DNA from: an uncultured bacterium
GTDB lineage: Bacteria > Verrucomicrobiota > Lentisphaeria > Victivallales > UBA1829
DNA: 64,000 nucleotides
NCBI GenBank assembly: GCA_902762495.1
Contig: CACWOL010000004.1
Location: forward strand, 355-64,354
Reading direction: 5' to 3'
Both the position numbers and the translations under genes were made by a program. Shown here piece after piece: positions 19,216 to 29,279 of this stretch. The notes beneath the pieces were generated by a model. It had not been told where the DNA came from. It worked only from the letters and a program-made list of their open reading frames with translations, and searched no databases. How positions within the stretch are numbered: the first letter of the stretch is position 1; each line of letters starts with the position of its first letter.

Positions 19216-20136
19216 ATGAACACGAATGAAACGAGCGACTCACGGCAGACCGTCGCTCCGGACTCTTCCGCCGCATCGTCGAAGCCCCCTCTTTATATCG
19301 GCTCGGAACATGAGTACGTGTACTCCATTTTCCGGCAGAACGCTCCGATCTTGAAGATGATCTGGATCGCGGTGGTGATACAGCTCCTCCTGATCCCCAT
19401 CGTCTGTATCATGCCCTATCCCTGGGCAGGGACCGCAAAAATTGTATTCGGGCCCCAGGCAGACAGTTTCGCCAAAGCGTTGAAAGAGCTTCCTCCTAAC
19501 CTGTATATCCCGCTTGCGCTCGCATCCCCGGTTTCTTTCATCGCCCTCCTCGCGATCCCGTACGTTCCGGGCATCATCCTGCGCAGGCATTTCAGGGATG
19601 CCGTGATCCCGATGTGCGGGAATACCTGTCCCGGAAAGGAGATCGTCCGCGGCGCGATGCGGAGTCTGCATTACATGCTAGTCCGTTACGTTCCGGTCCT
19701 GATTCCCGGGATCCTCGTTTACCTCGTGCCTGTCGTTTTCACGCTGGTCTTTTTCTTCAATTTTTTTTCCAATGCTCAGAACTCCGACGGCGAGCGTCTG
19801 ATCATACATGGCAGTTTTTCCGTCATCTTATGGATGTATCTTCTGTCGCTCCCGGGCTGGCTTCTGAGCGAGTACGCCCTGACAGTCTTCCCCGTCGCGC
19901 GGCTGTTCACGCGGCTGTCCGGCGCGGTCCGGCCCGGCATGTTCCTGATGCTGTCGCTGATCTATCTGGCGCGGATCGTATACGTCCTGAATCCCGTCTT
20001 CACGGCGGACAAAACCGCATTCCTTAACATCGCTATCATTGCGGTCTGCACCGCGCTTTCCGTCGGCGCGATCGTGTATTTCATCCATGCCGCAAAAACC
20101 GACGCGGAAAAATGGGGACAGAGAGACGAGGGCTGA
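19216..20136 (+). CDS. Multi-pass membrane protein, paralog 2
   Basis: Shares the motifs listed for paralog 1; AAAAGGAAC RBS. Confidence 0.8.
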   Translation: MNTNETSDSRQTVAPDSSAASSKPPLYIGSEHEYVYSIFRQNAPILKMIWIAVVIQLLLIPIVCIMPYPWAGTAKIVFGPQADSFAKALKELPPNLYIPLALASPVSFIALLAIPYVPGIILRRHFRDAVIPMCGNTCPGKEIVRGAMRSLHYMLVRYVPVLIPGILVYLVPVVFTLVFFFNFFSNAQNSDGERLIIHGSFSVILWMYLLSLPGWLLSEYALTVFPVARLFTRLSGAVRPGMFLMLSLIYLARIVYVLNPVFTADKTAFLNIAIIAVCTALSVGAIVYFIHAAKTDAEKWGQRDEG

Positions 20137-20165
20137 AGAGCTGAGCTTGCGCCGGTTTTTACGTT

Positions 20166-21347
20166 TCAAAACAGGCCGCGCAGAAGCGCTTCGGCCTGTT
20201 CGTCGCTCATGGGCTCCGGGTTGTTCTTCATGCTGTTGCTGCGGCAGTTCGCCACAATGAACGGCAGGTGTTCCTCGGCGAGACCGTAGTCGCGCAGATG
20301 GTCCGGCACGCCCAATCCGAGGGAGAGTTCGCGCATGGCGGCGATGAAGAGCGCGGCGTCGGGACGCGGCTCCTTCGGCAGGAATTCATGGGCGAGTTCG
20401 GCGTAGAGACGCCCGCAGGCGTTCATATTGAACTGGAACACGGGTAGCATCAGGATCGCGCAGGAAACGCCGTGCGGCACGTGCAGGAGTGAACCGACCG
20501 GGTGCGCCAGTCCGTGGACCGCGCCGAGTCCGGCATGTGCGAACGCCATTCCGGCAAGCATGGAGCCTTCGGCCATATCGACGCGGAATCCGGCGTCAGG
20601 CGCGGGTTCGTCGCCCGCGTCCTTCCACGATTCGTGCGTGATGCGCTTCAGCGCGCCGTAAAGCTTGCAGGCGGCGGCCTTCGCCAGCGCCCGCGTGTAG
20701 TCCGTCCCCTTCGGCGAAACGAACGCCTCGACCGCCTGCACCAGCGCGTCCAGTCCGCTCGCGACCGTCACGCCGCGCGGACAGTTCACGGTGAGGTCGG
20801 GATCGACCACCGCGAGGTCGGCGGTCATGCCGGGGTGCCGGATGGATTTCTTGATCTGCGTCGCGGGGTCGGTGAGCACGGAGTTGTTCGTCATCTCGGC
20901 CCCGGTCCCGCTCGTCGTCGGCAGCGCGGCGAAGAACGGACGGTCCGTCACGACCAGCTCGCGCGTCCCGTTGAAATACTCGATGCAGGATCCGTCCAGA
21001 CGCGACAGCGCCGCGGCGGCTTTCGCCGTGTCGATCACGCTGCCGCCGCCGACAGCGACGACCGCGTCGGCGTTCCACGCGCGGATGGCGGCCGTGGCGG
21101 TATCGACCGCGCCGGGCGAGGGTTCCGCCATGGTCTCGGCAAAGATGCGCGTCTCGCGGCCCGAAGCCGTCAGGGAATCCGCGATCGTTTTCGCCTCGGC
21201 GTCCGCGGCATGACGCCCGGAGATCACGAGGACGCGCTTTACGGTCGCGGGCAGGAATGTGGCGAGGAGCGCGGCCTTTCCGCGCCCGAACACGATGTCG
21301 CGCGGGGTATGGATCGCAAACGAGGTGAACTTGACTTCGGATTCCAT
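20166..21347 (-). CDS. Iron-containing alcohol dehydrogenase
   Basis: AVGGGSVIDTAK, PTTSGTGAE and GLGAVHGLAH..HVPHG motifs. Confidence 0.93.
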   Translation of the reverse strand: MESEVKFTSFAIHTPRDIVFGRGKAALLATFLPATVKRVLVISGRHAADAEAKTIADSLTASGRETRIFAETMAEPSPGAVDTATAAIRAWNADAVVAVGGGSVIDTAKAAAALSRLDGSCIEYFNGTRELVVTDRPFFAALPTTSGTGAEMTNNSVLTDPATQIKKSIRHPGMTADLAVVDPDLTVNCPRGVTVASGLDALVQAVEAFVSPKGTDYTRALAKAAACKLYGALKRITHESWKDAGDEPAPDAGFRVDMAEGSMLAGMAFAHAGLGAVHGLAHPVGSLLHVPHGVSCAILMLPVFQFNMNACGRLYAELAHEFLPKEPRPDAALFIAAMRELSLGLGVPDHLRDYGLAEEHLPFIVANCRSNSMKNNPEPMSDEQAEALLRGLF

Positions 21348-21353
21348 GCTGAC

Positions 21354-22073
21354 TCACTCCTTTTCGCCTGATTTGTCCTTGCCGCCGTCGTGATGAAGCA
21401 GGATATGCACCGCCGCGCGGGCGGCTTCGCGTTCGGCGAGCTTGTGGCTGCTGGCGGTGCCGCGCGCGACGACCTTGTCCTTGATGAGCACTTCGACTTC
21501 GTACTGGGGCGCGTGGGCGGGGCCGGTCACGGCCACAACGCGGTACTGCGGCACGCCCTGCGCTTTCTGCTGGGTGTATTCCTGAAGGATGCCCTTCGGA
21601 TTGATCTCCTGAAGGCTTTCCGCCGGGTCGGGATAGTTTTTGAGGAGGATGGGCAGAAAGAGCTCGGTCGCGGTCTGAAGCCCGAGGTCGAGATAGACCG
21701 CCCCGATCAGCGACTCGAACGCGTCGGAGATCGTGGAATCGCGGTCCTGCCCGTTCAGCTCGAGTTCGCCGCGTCCGAGCAGCAGAAACGACCCGAGCGA
21801 GATATCGCGCGCGAACTGGGCGAGCGCGTCCTGGTTGACCATCGCGGACCGTATCTTCGTGAGATCGCCCTCCTGAAGGTCCCAGTAGCGGCGGTACAGG
21901 TAGTCGGTCAGGATGATCTGGACCACGGCGTCGCCGAGAAGTTCCAGACGCTGGTTGTCGTAGTTGAGCCGATGCTCGGCGGCGAATGACTTGTGGGTCA
22001 GCGCCTCCTTGTAGACGGCTTCGTCGCGGAATTTGATCCCGAGGATACGTTCCAGCTTGACTAAATCGCTCAT
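21354..22073 (-). CDS. rnc: Ribonuclease III
   Basis: ALTHKS, NQRLELLGDAV and DAFESLIGAVYLD motifs; dsRBD (NPKGILQE..GPAHAP). Confidence 0.96.
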   Translation of the reverse strand: MSDLVKLERILGIKFRDEAVYKEALTHKSFAAEHRLNYDNQRLELLGDAVVQIILTDYLYRRYWDLQEGDLTKIRSAMVNQDALAQFARDISLGSFLLLGRGELELNGQDRDSTISDAFESLIGAVYLDLGLQTATELFLPILLKNYPDPAESLQEINPKGILQEYTQQKAQGVPQYRVVAVTGPAHAPQYEVEVLIKDKVVARGTASSHKLAEREAARAAVHILLHHDGGKDKSGEKE

Positions 22074-22175
22074 ATCATCTCAAAAAACGTTGCAAACATA
22101 GAAAGGGGGCACAGAGTCCCGGCCCCGGACGGTCATACCGCCGGAGCGAACCGCGCCCTTTCGTTTTGAAAGTTA

Positions 22176-23861
22176 TTATTCGGCCGCGGGAGCCGCCGGG
22201 GCTTCCTTCGCGGGCTGTTCCTTGTCCTTCATCTCACCGAGGTACTTCGGCAGGTCGATGCCCGCCATGGCGGCGACGTCGTGGATCGGGGGCAGGCTCT
22301 GCATCATGCCGCTGAGGAAACCGGCAGTGGAGGACTTGCCGTCGGCGCGTCCGTTCGGGGAATCCCAGACGGTGACCTTGTCGATCTTGATGTTGCTGAT
22401 GGCTTCGGTCTGGAGCTTGACGATCTCCTCGAGTTTTTCGACGAGGAGCATCTTTGCGGCGGCATTGGCGTCGTTGCCGCAGGATTCGATGATCTTGCGG
22501 TAGCCGTCGCCCTTCGCCTTCAGGACTTCGAAGTTACCTTTCGCTTCGGCGTCGTACTTGGCGAAGATCGCGGCGGCCTGGCCTTTCGCCTCGGTCTCGA
22601 TCTTGGCGGCCTCGGCCTCGGCTTCGATGATGCGCTGTTCTTTGTCGATCTTCGCTGCGACGATCGTTTCGGCGCGCTGCTTTTCCTCTTCCATCTTGGC
22701 GCGTGCGGCCTGCGCCTGCTGTTCCGCCTCGAAGTCGGCCTTGCGGATCATGGCCTCGGCGACGCGTTTCGCGGCTTCGGCGGCCTGGTACGCGGCGGCT
22801 TCCTGTTCGGCGCGGACGGCGTTGGACTTGGCGATGTTGATGGCGGAGATGTTTTCGCCCTCGATCGCGGTCGCCTCGGCCTGTTTCACGGCGATACGGC
22901 GTTCCTTGTCGGCTTCGGCTTCGCCCGCCTGCGCGGCGGCTTCGGCCTGCTTCACGGCCACGCGGCGTTCGCGGTCGGCGTTCGCTTCGCCGGTCAGTGC
23001 GGCGGCTTCTGCCTGTTTCACGGCGATGCGGCGTTCCTTGTCGGCTTCGGCTTCGCCCGCCTGCGCGGCGGCTTCTGCCTGCTTCACGGCCACACGCCGT
23101 TCGCGGTCGGCGTTGGCTTCACCGGTCTGCGCCTGCGCTTCGGCTTCGGACACAGCGATACGCTGGACCTTGCGGGCTTCGGCTTCGCCGATTCCGCCCT
23201 TCCGCTCTTCTTCGGCGACGTCGACGCGGGCCTTGTTGATGGCTTCCGCGGCGGCGCGCTTTCCGATGGCGTCGATGTATCCGCTCTCGTCGGTGATGTC
23301 GGTGATATTGACGTTCAGGAGGTGCAGGCCGATCTTGTTGAGTTCGTCTGCCACGTTCTCCTCGACGTTGCGGAGGAACGTCTCGCGGTCGGCGTTGATC
23401 TGCTCGATGGTCATGGACGCGATCACCAGACGCAGCTGGCCGAGGATGATGTCCTTCGCGAGGTCGGCGATGGATTCCTGGCGCAGGCCGAGCAGGCGGT
23501 TCGCCGCGTTGCCCATCAGGGACTCGTCCGTGCTGATGCCGACCGTGAACACGCTCGGCACGTTGATGCGGATGTTCTGGCGGCACAGGGCGTTCTGCAG
23601 GTTCACGTCCAGCTGCATCGGGCGCAGGGAGACGAACCCGTAGTCCTGGATCACCGGCCAGATGAACGCCGCGCCGCCGTGGATGCAGCGACTGGCGCGC
23701 TGTTTGCCGGTCTTGCCGTACACGACCATGATCTGGTCCGGCGGGCATTTCTTGTAGCGGGAAATGAACGTGATGACCAGGATGAACAGGATGACGAGCA
23801 GCGCCGCGATCAGCATGGCGACGCCTCCGGGATTGGCTGCTGCGAAAATCGGGTTGATCAT
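22176..23861 (-). CDS. Flotillin/SPFH family protein
   Basis: TM helix, RYKKCP..IMVVYG..GGAAFIWPVIQ, Ala/Glu coiled coil with 22-aa repeats. Confidence 0.92.
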   Translation of the reverse strand: MINPIFAAANPGGVAMLIAALLVILFILVITFISRYKKCPPDQIMVVYGKTGKQRASRCIHGGAAFIWPVIQDYGFVSLRPMQLDVNLQNALCRQNIRINVPSVFTVGISTDESLMGNAANRLLGLRQESIADLAKDIILGQLRLVIASMTIEQINADRETFLRNVEENVADELNKIGLHLLNVNITDITDESGYIDAIGKRAAAEAINKARVDVAEEERKGGIGEAEARKVQRIAVSEAEAQAQTGEANADRERRVAVKQAEAAAQAGEAEADKERRIAVKQAEAAALTGEANADRERRVAVKQAEAAAQAGEAEADKERRIAVKQAEATAIEGENISAINIAKSNAVRAEQEAAAYQAAEAAKRVAEAMIRKADFEAEQQAQAARAKMEEEKQRAETIVAAKIDKEQRIIEAEAEAAKIETEAKGQAAAIFAKYDAEAKGNFEVLKAKGDGYRKIIESCGNDANAAAKMLLVEKLEEIVKLQTEAISNIKIDKVTVWDSPNGRADGKSSTAGFLSGMMQSLPPIHDVAAMAGIDLPKYLGEMKDKEQPAKEAPAAPAAE

Positions 23862-24116
23862 CGTAGGAACCCTTTCTTGGTTGATTATGATTGTATCGTT
23901 TGAGGAAAAGCGAGTTCGCGCCCGCACAGGCGGACGATTCGACATTCGGAGTAAATATAGCGTCCCCGCGCGGAAATGCAAACCTTATTTGAGGTTTTTA
24001 CGAAAAAAACCTGAAAGTGCTGAAAAAAAGCCGTCGGAAGATTGAAAAAAACGGTCACACGTACTATATTTAAGGCAAGTTGCCTTTTTCACACTCATTA
24101 ACCCAAAGGATTCACC

Positions 24117-24635
24117 ATGTCTGAAAACACGAAAGTCCTGATCGAAACCTCCCTCGGCAACATCACCGTCGAGCTCTTCGAGAAGGAAGCGCCTGTCACC
24201 GTCGCGAATTTCCTCGCCTACGTCGACGACAATTTCTACGCGGGGACCATCTTTCACCGCGTCATCAAAGGATTCATGATCCAGGGCGGCGGCCTCGACG
24301 CCGATCTCCGCGACGTCCCGTCCAAGCGCGCCCCGATCAAGAACGAAGCCGGAAACGGCCTCTCGAACAAGGTCGGCACCATCGCCATGGCGCGCACCGC
24401 CGTGGTCGACAGCGCCACCAGCCAGTTCTTCATCAACACCGCCCCGAACACCTTCCTCGACCATCAGGACGAGACCCCGCGCGGCTTCGGCTACTGCGTC
24501 TTCGGCCAGGTCACGGACGGCATGGACGTGGTCCGCGCGATCGAGGCCGTCCCGACGACCTCCGTGCGCTACTACGACGACGTCCCGTCCGCCCCGATCA
24601 CCATCTTCCGCGTCTCCCGGATCGCCGCGAAGTAA
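24117..24635 (+). CDS. Cyclophilin-type peptidyl-prolyl cis-trans isomerase
   Basis: FHRVIKGFMIQGGG, AMART and SATSQFFIN motifs. Confidence 0.95.
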   Translation: MSENTKVLIETSLGNITVELFEKEAPVTVANFLAYVDDNFYAGTIFHRVIKGFMIQGGGLDADLRDVPSKRAPIKNEAGNGLSNKVGTIAMARTAVVDSATSQFFINTAPNTFLDHQDETPRGFGYCVFGQVTDGMDVVRAIEAVPTTSVRYYDDVPSAPITIFRVSRIAAK

Positions 24636-24691
24636 GCCCGCTTTCGAGCTCAACTCAAGTTCAACTTTCCCAATAGAAACAGGTACAAGCA

Positions 24692-25300
24692 ATGGATACC
24701 AACGAAATCCTGGTGCTGACCGTGGGGGCGATCCTCGTGAACAACGTGGTGCTCTCGCGCATCCTCGGCATCTGTCCGTTCCTCGGCGTCTCCAAGCGCA
24801 TCGAAACCGCGCTCGGCATGTCCGGGGCCGTCATCTTCGTGATGACGCTCGCATCGTTTGTCACCGCGCTGTTCAACAGGTTCCTGGTCACGCAGACCTT
24901 CACGATCAACGGCCAGACCGTCGACCTGTCGTTCACGCGCATCCTGCTCTTCATCGTGGTCATCGCGGCGCTCGTCCAGATCGTCGAGATCCTGCTGAAG
25001 AAGTTCAGCCCGTCCCTCTACGTCTCGCTCGGCATCTATCTGCCGCTCATCACGACCAACTGCGCCGTGCTGGGCGCGGCGGAACTGAACGCCGACGCGT
25101 CGCGCGGGCTCATCTCCTCGACCGTGTTCGGGTTCAGCACCGGCGTCGGCTTCGGCCTCGCGCTCCTGCTCTTCGCCAGCATCCGCGAACGTCTCGCCAT
25201 CGCCCGCATCCCGAAGGCCATGGAAGGCACCGCGATCGCGCTCGTGACCGCCGGCATCCTCGCAATGGCGTTCATGGGCTTCTCGGGCCTGGTCAAGTAA
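24692..25300 (+). CDS. rnfA: Rnf complex subunit A
   Basis: ATG GAT ACC AAC reads on the + strand (the ORF track labels it minus, which conflicts with the sequence); LGICPFLGVS and LPLITTNCAVLG motifs. Confidence 0.95.
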   Translation: MDTNEILVLTVGAILVNNVVLSRILGICPFLGVSKRIETALGMSGAVIFVMTLASFVTALFNRFLVTQTFTINGQTVDLSFTRILLFIVVIAALVQIVEILLKKFSPSLYVSLGIYLPLITTNCAVLGAAELNADASRGLISSTVFGFSTGVGFGLALLLFASIRERLAIARIPKAMEGTAIALVTAGILAMAFMGFSGLVK

Positions 25301-25319
25301 GGGGAGGCGCGACGAAATC

Positions 25320-26198
25320 ATGTTGACAACGATCCTTGTTTCGGCCGGTGTGGTCGCCGCCGTCGGGCTCATCCTCGGCGCGCTGATCGGCTTCACTGCC
25401 AAGAAATTCGAAGTCCAGACCGACCCGAAGATCGAGGCGGTCCAGGAACTCCTCCCCGGCGCGAACTGCGGCGGCTGCGGTTATGCCGGATGCGCCGACT
25501 TCGCCAGCGCCATCGTCACGAAGGACGCCGATCCCTCCGGCTGCTCCGCCTGCTCCGACGCCATGCTCGCGAAGATCGCCGAAGTCACCGGCAAGGCCGC
25601 CGGCAAGAAGGAAAAGATGACCGCGGTCGTCTTCTGCTCCGGCAGCTTCTCGCGTTCCACGCGCGCCGCCGACTACAACGGCATCCTCGACTGCCGGTCC
25701 GCCTCCATCGTGGCGGGCGGCGGCGGAAAAGCCTGCCGGTTCGGCTGCCTCGGCTACGGATCCTGCGCCCGTGCGTGCCCGTTCGGCGCGATCGAGATCC
25801 GCGACGGTCTGGCGGTCGTCCATCCCGAGCTCTGCCGCGCCTGCGGCAAGTGCGTGAACGTCTGCCCGCGCAAGCTGATCCGCCTGGTCCCGGCCTCCGC
25901 ACCGATCCACGTCTACTGCAACTCGCTGGAAAAGCCCGCGAAACGCCGCAAATTCTGCAAGAACCCGTGCCTGGCCTGCAAGAAATGCATCCGCACCGAC
26001 GAGAACCACATGCAGATGCAGGGCGGCCTCGTCCGCGTGAACTACTCCAACCCGCCCGAAGCATCCTTCGTCGAGCAGGTCAAATGCCCCACCGGCGCGC
26101 TCCAGGTCGAAGAGATCCACCGCAAGATCGCGGCGCTCAAGCCGGCTGAACCCGCGCCGAAAGCCGCGTCCGCACCGAAAAAGGAGGAGTCCAAATGA
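25320..26198 (+). CDS. rnfB: Rnf complex subunit B
   Basis: LPGANCGGCGYAGC and ferredoxin CxxCxxCxxxCP motifs. Confidence 0.95.
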   Translation: MLTTILVSAGVVAAVGLILGALIGFTAKKFEVQTDPKIEAVQELLPGANCGGCGYAGCADFASAIVTKDADPSGCSACSDAMLAKIAEVTGKAAGKKEKMTAVVFCSGSFSRSTRAADYNGILDCRSASIVAGGGGKACRFGCLGYGSCARACPFGAIEIRDGLAVVHPELCRACGKCVNVCPRKLIRLVPASAPIHVYCNSLEKPAKRRKFCKNPCLACKKCIRTDENHMQMQGGLVRVNYSNPPEASFVEQVKCPTGALQVEEIHRKIAALKPAEPAPKAASAPKKEESK

Positions 26199-27541
26199 AC
26201 ATCCCGATCAAGACATGGCGTTTCCACGGCGGCGTGCATCCCGCCGACGGCAAAGCCCTTTCCAACTCCGTTCCCGCGCAGCGCGCCCCGCTCCTCGAAC
26301 GCTACACGGTCGCCATCCAGCAGAACATCGGCGCGCCGCCGAAACCCGTCGTCGCGAAGGGCGACACGGTGAAGAAGGGCCAGCTCATCGCCGAGCCCGG
26401 CGGATTCGTCTCCGCCCCGGTCCACGCGCCCACCAGCGGCACGGTCGGCGACATCGTCGAAGTCCCCGGCGCCAACGGCGGCGCGATCCCGGCCATCGAG
26501 ATCATTTCCGACGGCAAGGACGAATGGGGCTCCGGCCTCGACCCGATCCCGAACTGGAAGAACACCGACCGCGAAATCCTGAAGAAGCGCATCGCGGACG
26601 CCGGCATCGTCGGCATGGGCGGCGCGGCGTTCCCGACCCACGTGAAGCTCTCGCCCCCGCCCGAAAAGGTCATCGACACGCTCGTCCTGAACGGCGCGGA
26701 ATGCGAACCCTACCTTACCGCCGACCATCGCCTCATGCTCGAACGCACCGAAGCGGTCCTCGAGGGCGCGGCCATCGCAGCGAAGATCCTCCGCGTCGAC
26801 CGCGTGTTCCTCGGCATCGAGGAGAACAAGCCGGACGCCATCGCCGCGCTCAACGAAAAGGCAAAAGATTACGGCGTGACCATCGTGCCGCTCCACGTCC
26901 GCTATCCGCAGGGCGGCGAGAAACAGCTCATCTACGCCCTCACCGGACGCTCCGTCGCCACCGGCGGCCTCCCCATGGACGTCGGCTGCGTGGTGCAGAA
27001 CGTCGGTTCCTGCGCCGCCATCCGCGACGCCGTGGTCGAGGGGCATCCGCTGATCGAACGCTACACCACGGTCACCGGCACCCCGGTCGCCAATCCCGGC
27101 ACCTGGATCCTCCGCCTCGGCACGACCGTCGAACAGGCCCTGACATTCGCGGGCGGCGTGAAAGCCCGTACGGCGAAAGTCATCATGGGCGGCCCGATGA
27201 TGGGATTCACCCAGACCTCGCTCGGCGTCACGGTCACCAAGAACTCGTCCGGCATCCTGCTGCTCCAGTGGCAGGAGACCGCCGAGTACACCTCCAATCC
27301 GTGCATCCGCTGCGGACGCTGCGTCCGCGCCTGCCCCATGAAACTCCTCCCAGGCCCCGTCAGCGTCATGGTCGAAAGCGAGAACTACGACGAAGCCGAA
27401 AAGAACTACGTCATGGACTGCATGGAGTGCGGCGTCTGCACCTACGTCTGCCCGGCGAAACGCCCCCTCGTCCAGCATTTCCGCAGGGCGAAGGCGGAGA
27501 TCAACGCCAAACGCCGCGCCGCGAAAGCAAAACAAGCCTAA
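26195..27541 (+). CDS. rnfC: Rnf complex subunit C
   Basis: GGVHP, GIVGMGGAAFPTHVK, NGAECEPYLTAD and CIRCGRC motifs. Confidence 0.96.
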   Translation: MNIPIKTWRFHGGVHPADGKALSNSVPAQRAPLLERYTVAIQQNIGAPPKPVVAKGDTVKKGQLIAEPGGFVSAPVHAPTSGTVGDIVEVPGANGGAIPAIEIISDGKDEWGSGLDPIPNWKNTDREILKKRIADAGIVGMGGAAFPTHVKLSPPPEKVIDTLVLNGAECEPYLTADHRLMLERTEAVLEGAAIAAKILRVDRVFLGIEENKPDAIAALNEKAKDYGVTIVPLHVRYPQGGEKQLIYALTGRSVATGGLPMDVGCVVQNVGSCAAIRDAVVEGHPLIERYTTVTGTPVANPGTWILRLGTTVEQALTFAGGVKARTAKVIMGGPMMGFTQTSLGVTVTKNSSGILLLQWQETAEYTSNPCIRCGRCVRACPMKLLPGPVSVMVESENYDEAEKNYVMDCMECGVCTYVCPAKRPLVQHFRRAKAEINAKRRAAKAKQA

Positions 27542-27562
27542 TCACGGAGCTGTTCCCCTACT

Positions 27563-28615
27563 ATGAGTGAAGAAATCGAAAAAAACAACGTCGCTCTCCC
27601 CGAGCCCGGTTCGCTCGTGCTGAGCACTTCGCCTCACGTTCAGGACGGCGACAGCATCACGAAGATCATGGCCAAGGTGCTGATCTGCCTCCTCCCCGCC
27701 GTTGCGGCGTCCATCTGGTTCTTCCGCTTCGACGCCATCCGCATCCTCGTCTACTGCGCCGCCTTCAGCATCTTCGCCGAATACGGCTGGACGCTCGCCA
27801 CCCGGCAGCAAGCAACGGTCGGCGACTGCAGCGCGCTCGTCACGGGCGTGATCCTGGCGCTGAACCTCCCGCCCGGAGCCCCGTGGTGGCTCTGCCTCGT
27901 CGGCAGCGTCTTCGCGATCATCGTCGTGAAGGAGCTCTTCGGCGGCCTCGGACAGAACCCGTTCAACCCCGCCGCCGCGGCCCGCGTGGCCCTGCTGGTC
28001 GGTTTCGCCGGCCCGATGACCCAGTGGGCAGCCCCGGCAACCGGAAGCCTGATCTCCGGCGCGACCCCGCTCGGCGCGATCCAGGCGGCGAAAGGCTCCG
28101 CCGAAGCCATCGCGCAGCTCGGCTCGCACGACAACCTGATGAATCTGTTCCTCGGCAATGTCGGCGGCTCCATCGGCGAGACCTCCGCGCTCGCCATCCT
28201 GATCGGCGGTGTCGGCCTCATGTGCTTCCGCCTCATCAAATGGCAGATACCGCTCGCCATGCTCGCCACGATCTACGTCTTCTCCGGCATCGTGCACCTG
28301 GCGGCCCCCGGCCTGACCCCGAGCCCGCTCTACCACATCCTCAGCGGCGGCGTCATGATCGGCGCGTTCTTCATGGCCACCGACATGGTGACCTCGCCCA
28401 TGACTCCGCTCGGGGCGCTCGTCTTCGGCGTCGTCATCGGCGTCCTGACCTGCATCATCCGCATCTGGGGCGCGTATCCGGAGGGCGTGAGCTTCTCCAT
28501 CGTGATCGCGAACGCCCTGGTCCCGCTGATCGACCGCATGTGCTACATCCGTCCCTTCGGCTGGCACTCCCACAGCGTTTCCGCGCTCAATATCAGAAGG
28601 GGTGAGATCAAATGA
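27563..28615 (+). CDS. rnfD: Rnf complex subunit D
   Basis: FGGLGQNPFNPA, SGATPL (FMN site) and FFMATDMVTSP motifs. Confidence 0.96.
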   Translation: MSEEIEKNNVALPEPGSLVLSTSPHVQDGDSITKIMAKVLICLLPAVAASIWFFRFDAIRILVYCAAFSIFAEYGWTLATRQQATVGDCSALVTGVILALNLPPGAPWWLCLVGSVFAIIVVKELFGGLGQNPFNPAAAARVALLVGFAGPMTQWAAPATGSLISGATPLGAIQAAKGSAEAIAQLGSHDNLMNLFLGNVGGSIGETSALAILIGGVGLMCFRLIKWQIPLAMLATIYVFSGIVHLAAPGLTPSPLYHILSGGVMIGAFFMATDMVTSPMTPLGALVFGVVIGVLTCIIRIWGAYPEGVSFSIVIANALVPLIDRMCYIRPFGWHSHSVSALNIRRGEIK

Positions 28616-29277
28616 AAGACATGACAAAAGCATCCAATCCGTTCTATCTGGCGTTCTTCCTCCTCGTCGTCTGCGGCGTCTCCACGCTCGTCATGGCCGT
28701 GACCGCCGTCAAGACCGACGCCCCGATCAAGGCCGCTCAGGCGAAAGAGACCGCCGACAGCCTGAAAATGATCCTCCCGCCGTTCGACAACGACCCGGCG
28801 GCCGAAGCGATCGACATCACCTCGCCCGACGGCGTGCCCGTCAAACTTTACACAGCCAAGAACGGCGGCCTCGTGGTCGGCTACGCGGCCGAAGCCGCGG
28901 CCTCCGGGTTCGGCGGCAAAGTCGCCGGCATCGTCAGCTTCAAGCCGGACGGAACCATCGATACCGTGATCGTGAAGTCCGGCCACGCCGAGACCCCCGG
29001 CATCGGCACGAAAGTGACCGACCGTTCCGTCAAACGCACCATCTCCGACGTCGTCAAGGGCGTGAAGCCAGACACCTCGAAGCTCCCGCCGAACGCCGCG
29101 CTGGATTCCTACTCCGGCGTGAAGCCCGGCGACGCAAAATGGACCAAGGAAAAGGACGGCGTCCACTTCGTTTCCGGCGCGACTTATTCCTCGAACGCCG
29201 TCTGCGATCTCGTCTGGTACGCCGCGACCGCAGTCCGCGCGCACCTCGCGTCCGCTGAAAAGAAGGAGGCTAAGTAA
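28612..29277 (+). CDS. rnfG: Rnf complex subunit G
   Basis: HAETPGIG and VSGATYSS (FMN-binding) motifs. Confidence 0.92.
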   Translation: MKDMTKASNPFYLAFFLLVVCGVSTLVMAVTAVKTDAPIKAAQAKETADSLKMILPPFDNDPAAEAIDITSPDGVPVKLYTAKNGGLVVGYAAEAAASGFGGKVAGIVSFKPDGTIDTVIVKSGHAETPGIGTKVTDRSVKRTISDVVKGVKPDTSKLPPNAALDSYSGVKPGDAKWTKEKDGVHFVSGATYSSNAVCDLVWYAATAVRAHLASAEKKEAK

Positions 29278-29279
29278 TC

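Noticed and set aside
22860-23160. 66/132-bp tandem repeats as a CRISPR-like or mobile array
   Set aside because: They are in-frame coiled-coil repeats of flotillin, with no unique spacers.
24692-25300. rnfA on the minus strand, as labelled in the ORF track
   Set aside because: The sequence reads ATGGATACCAACGAA on the plus strand, collinear with rnfBCDGE.
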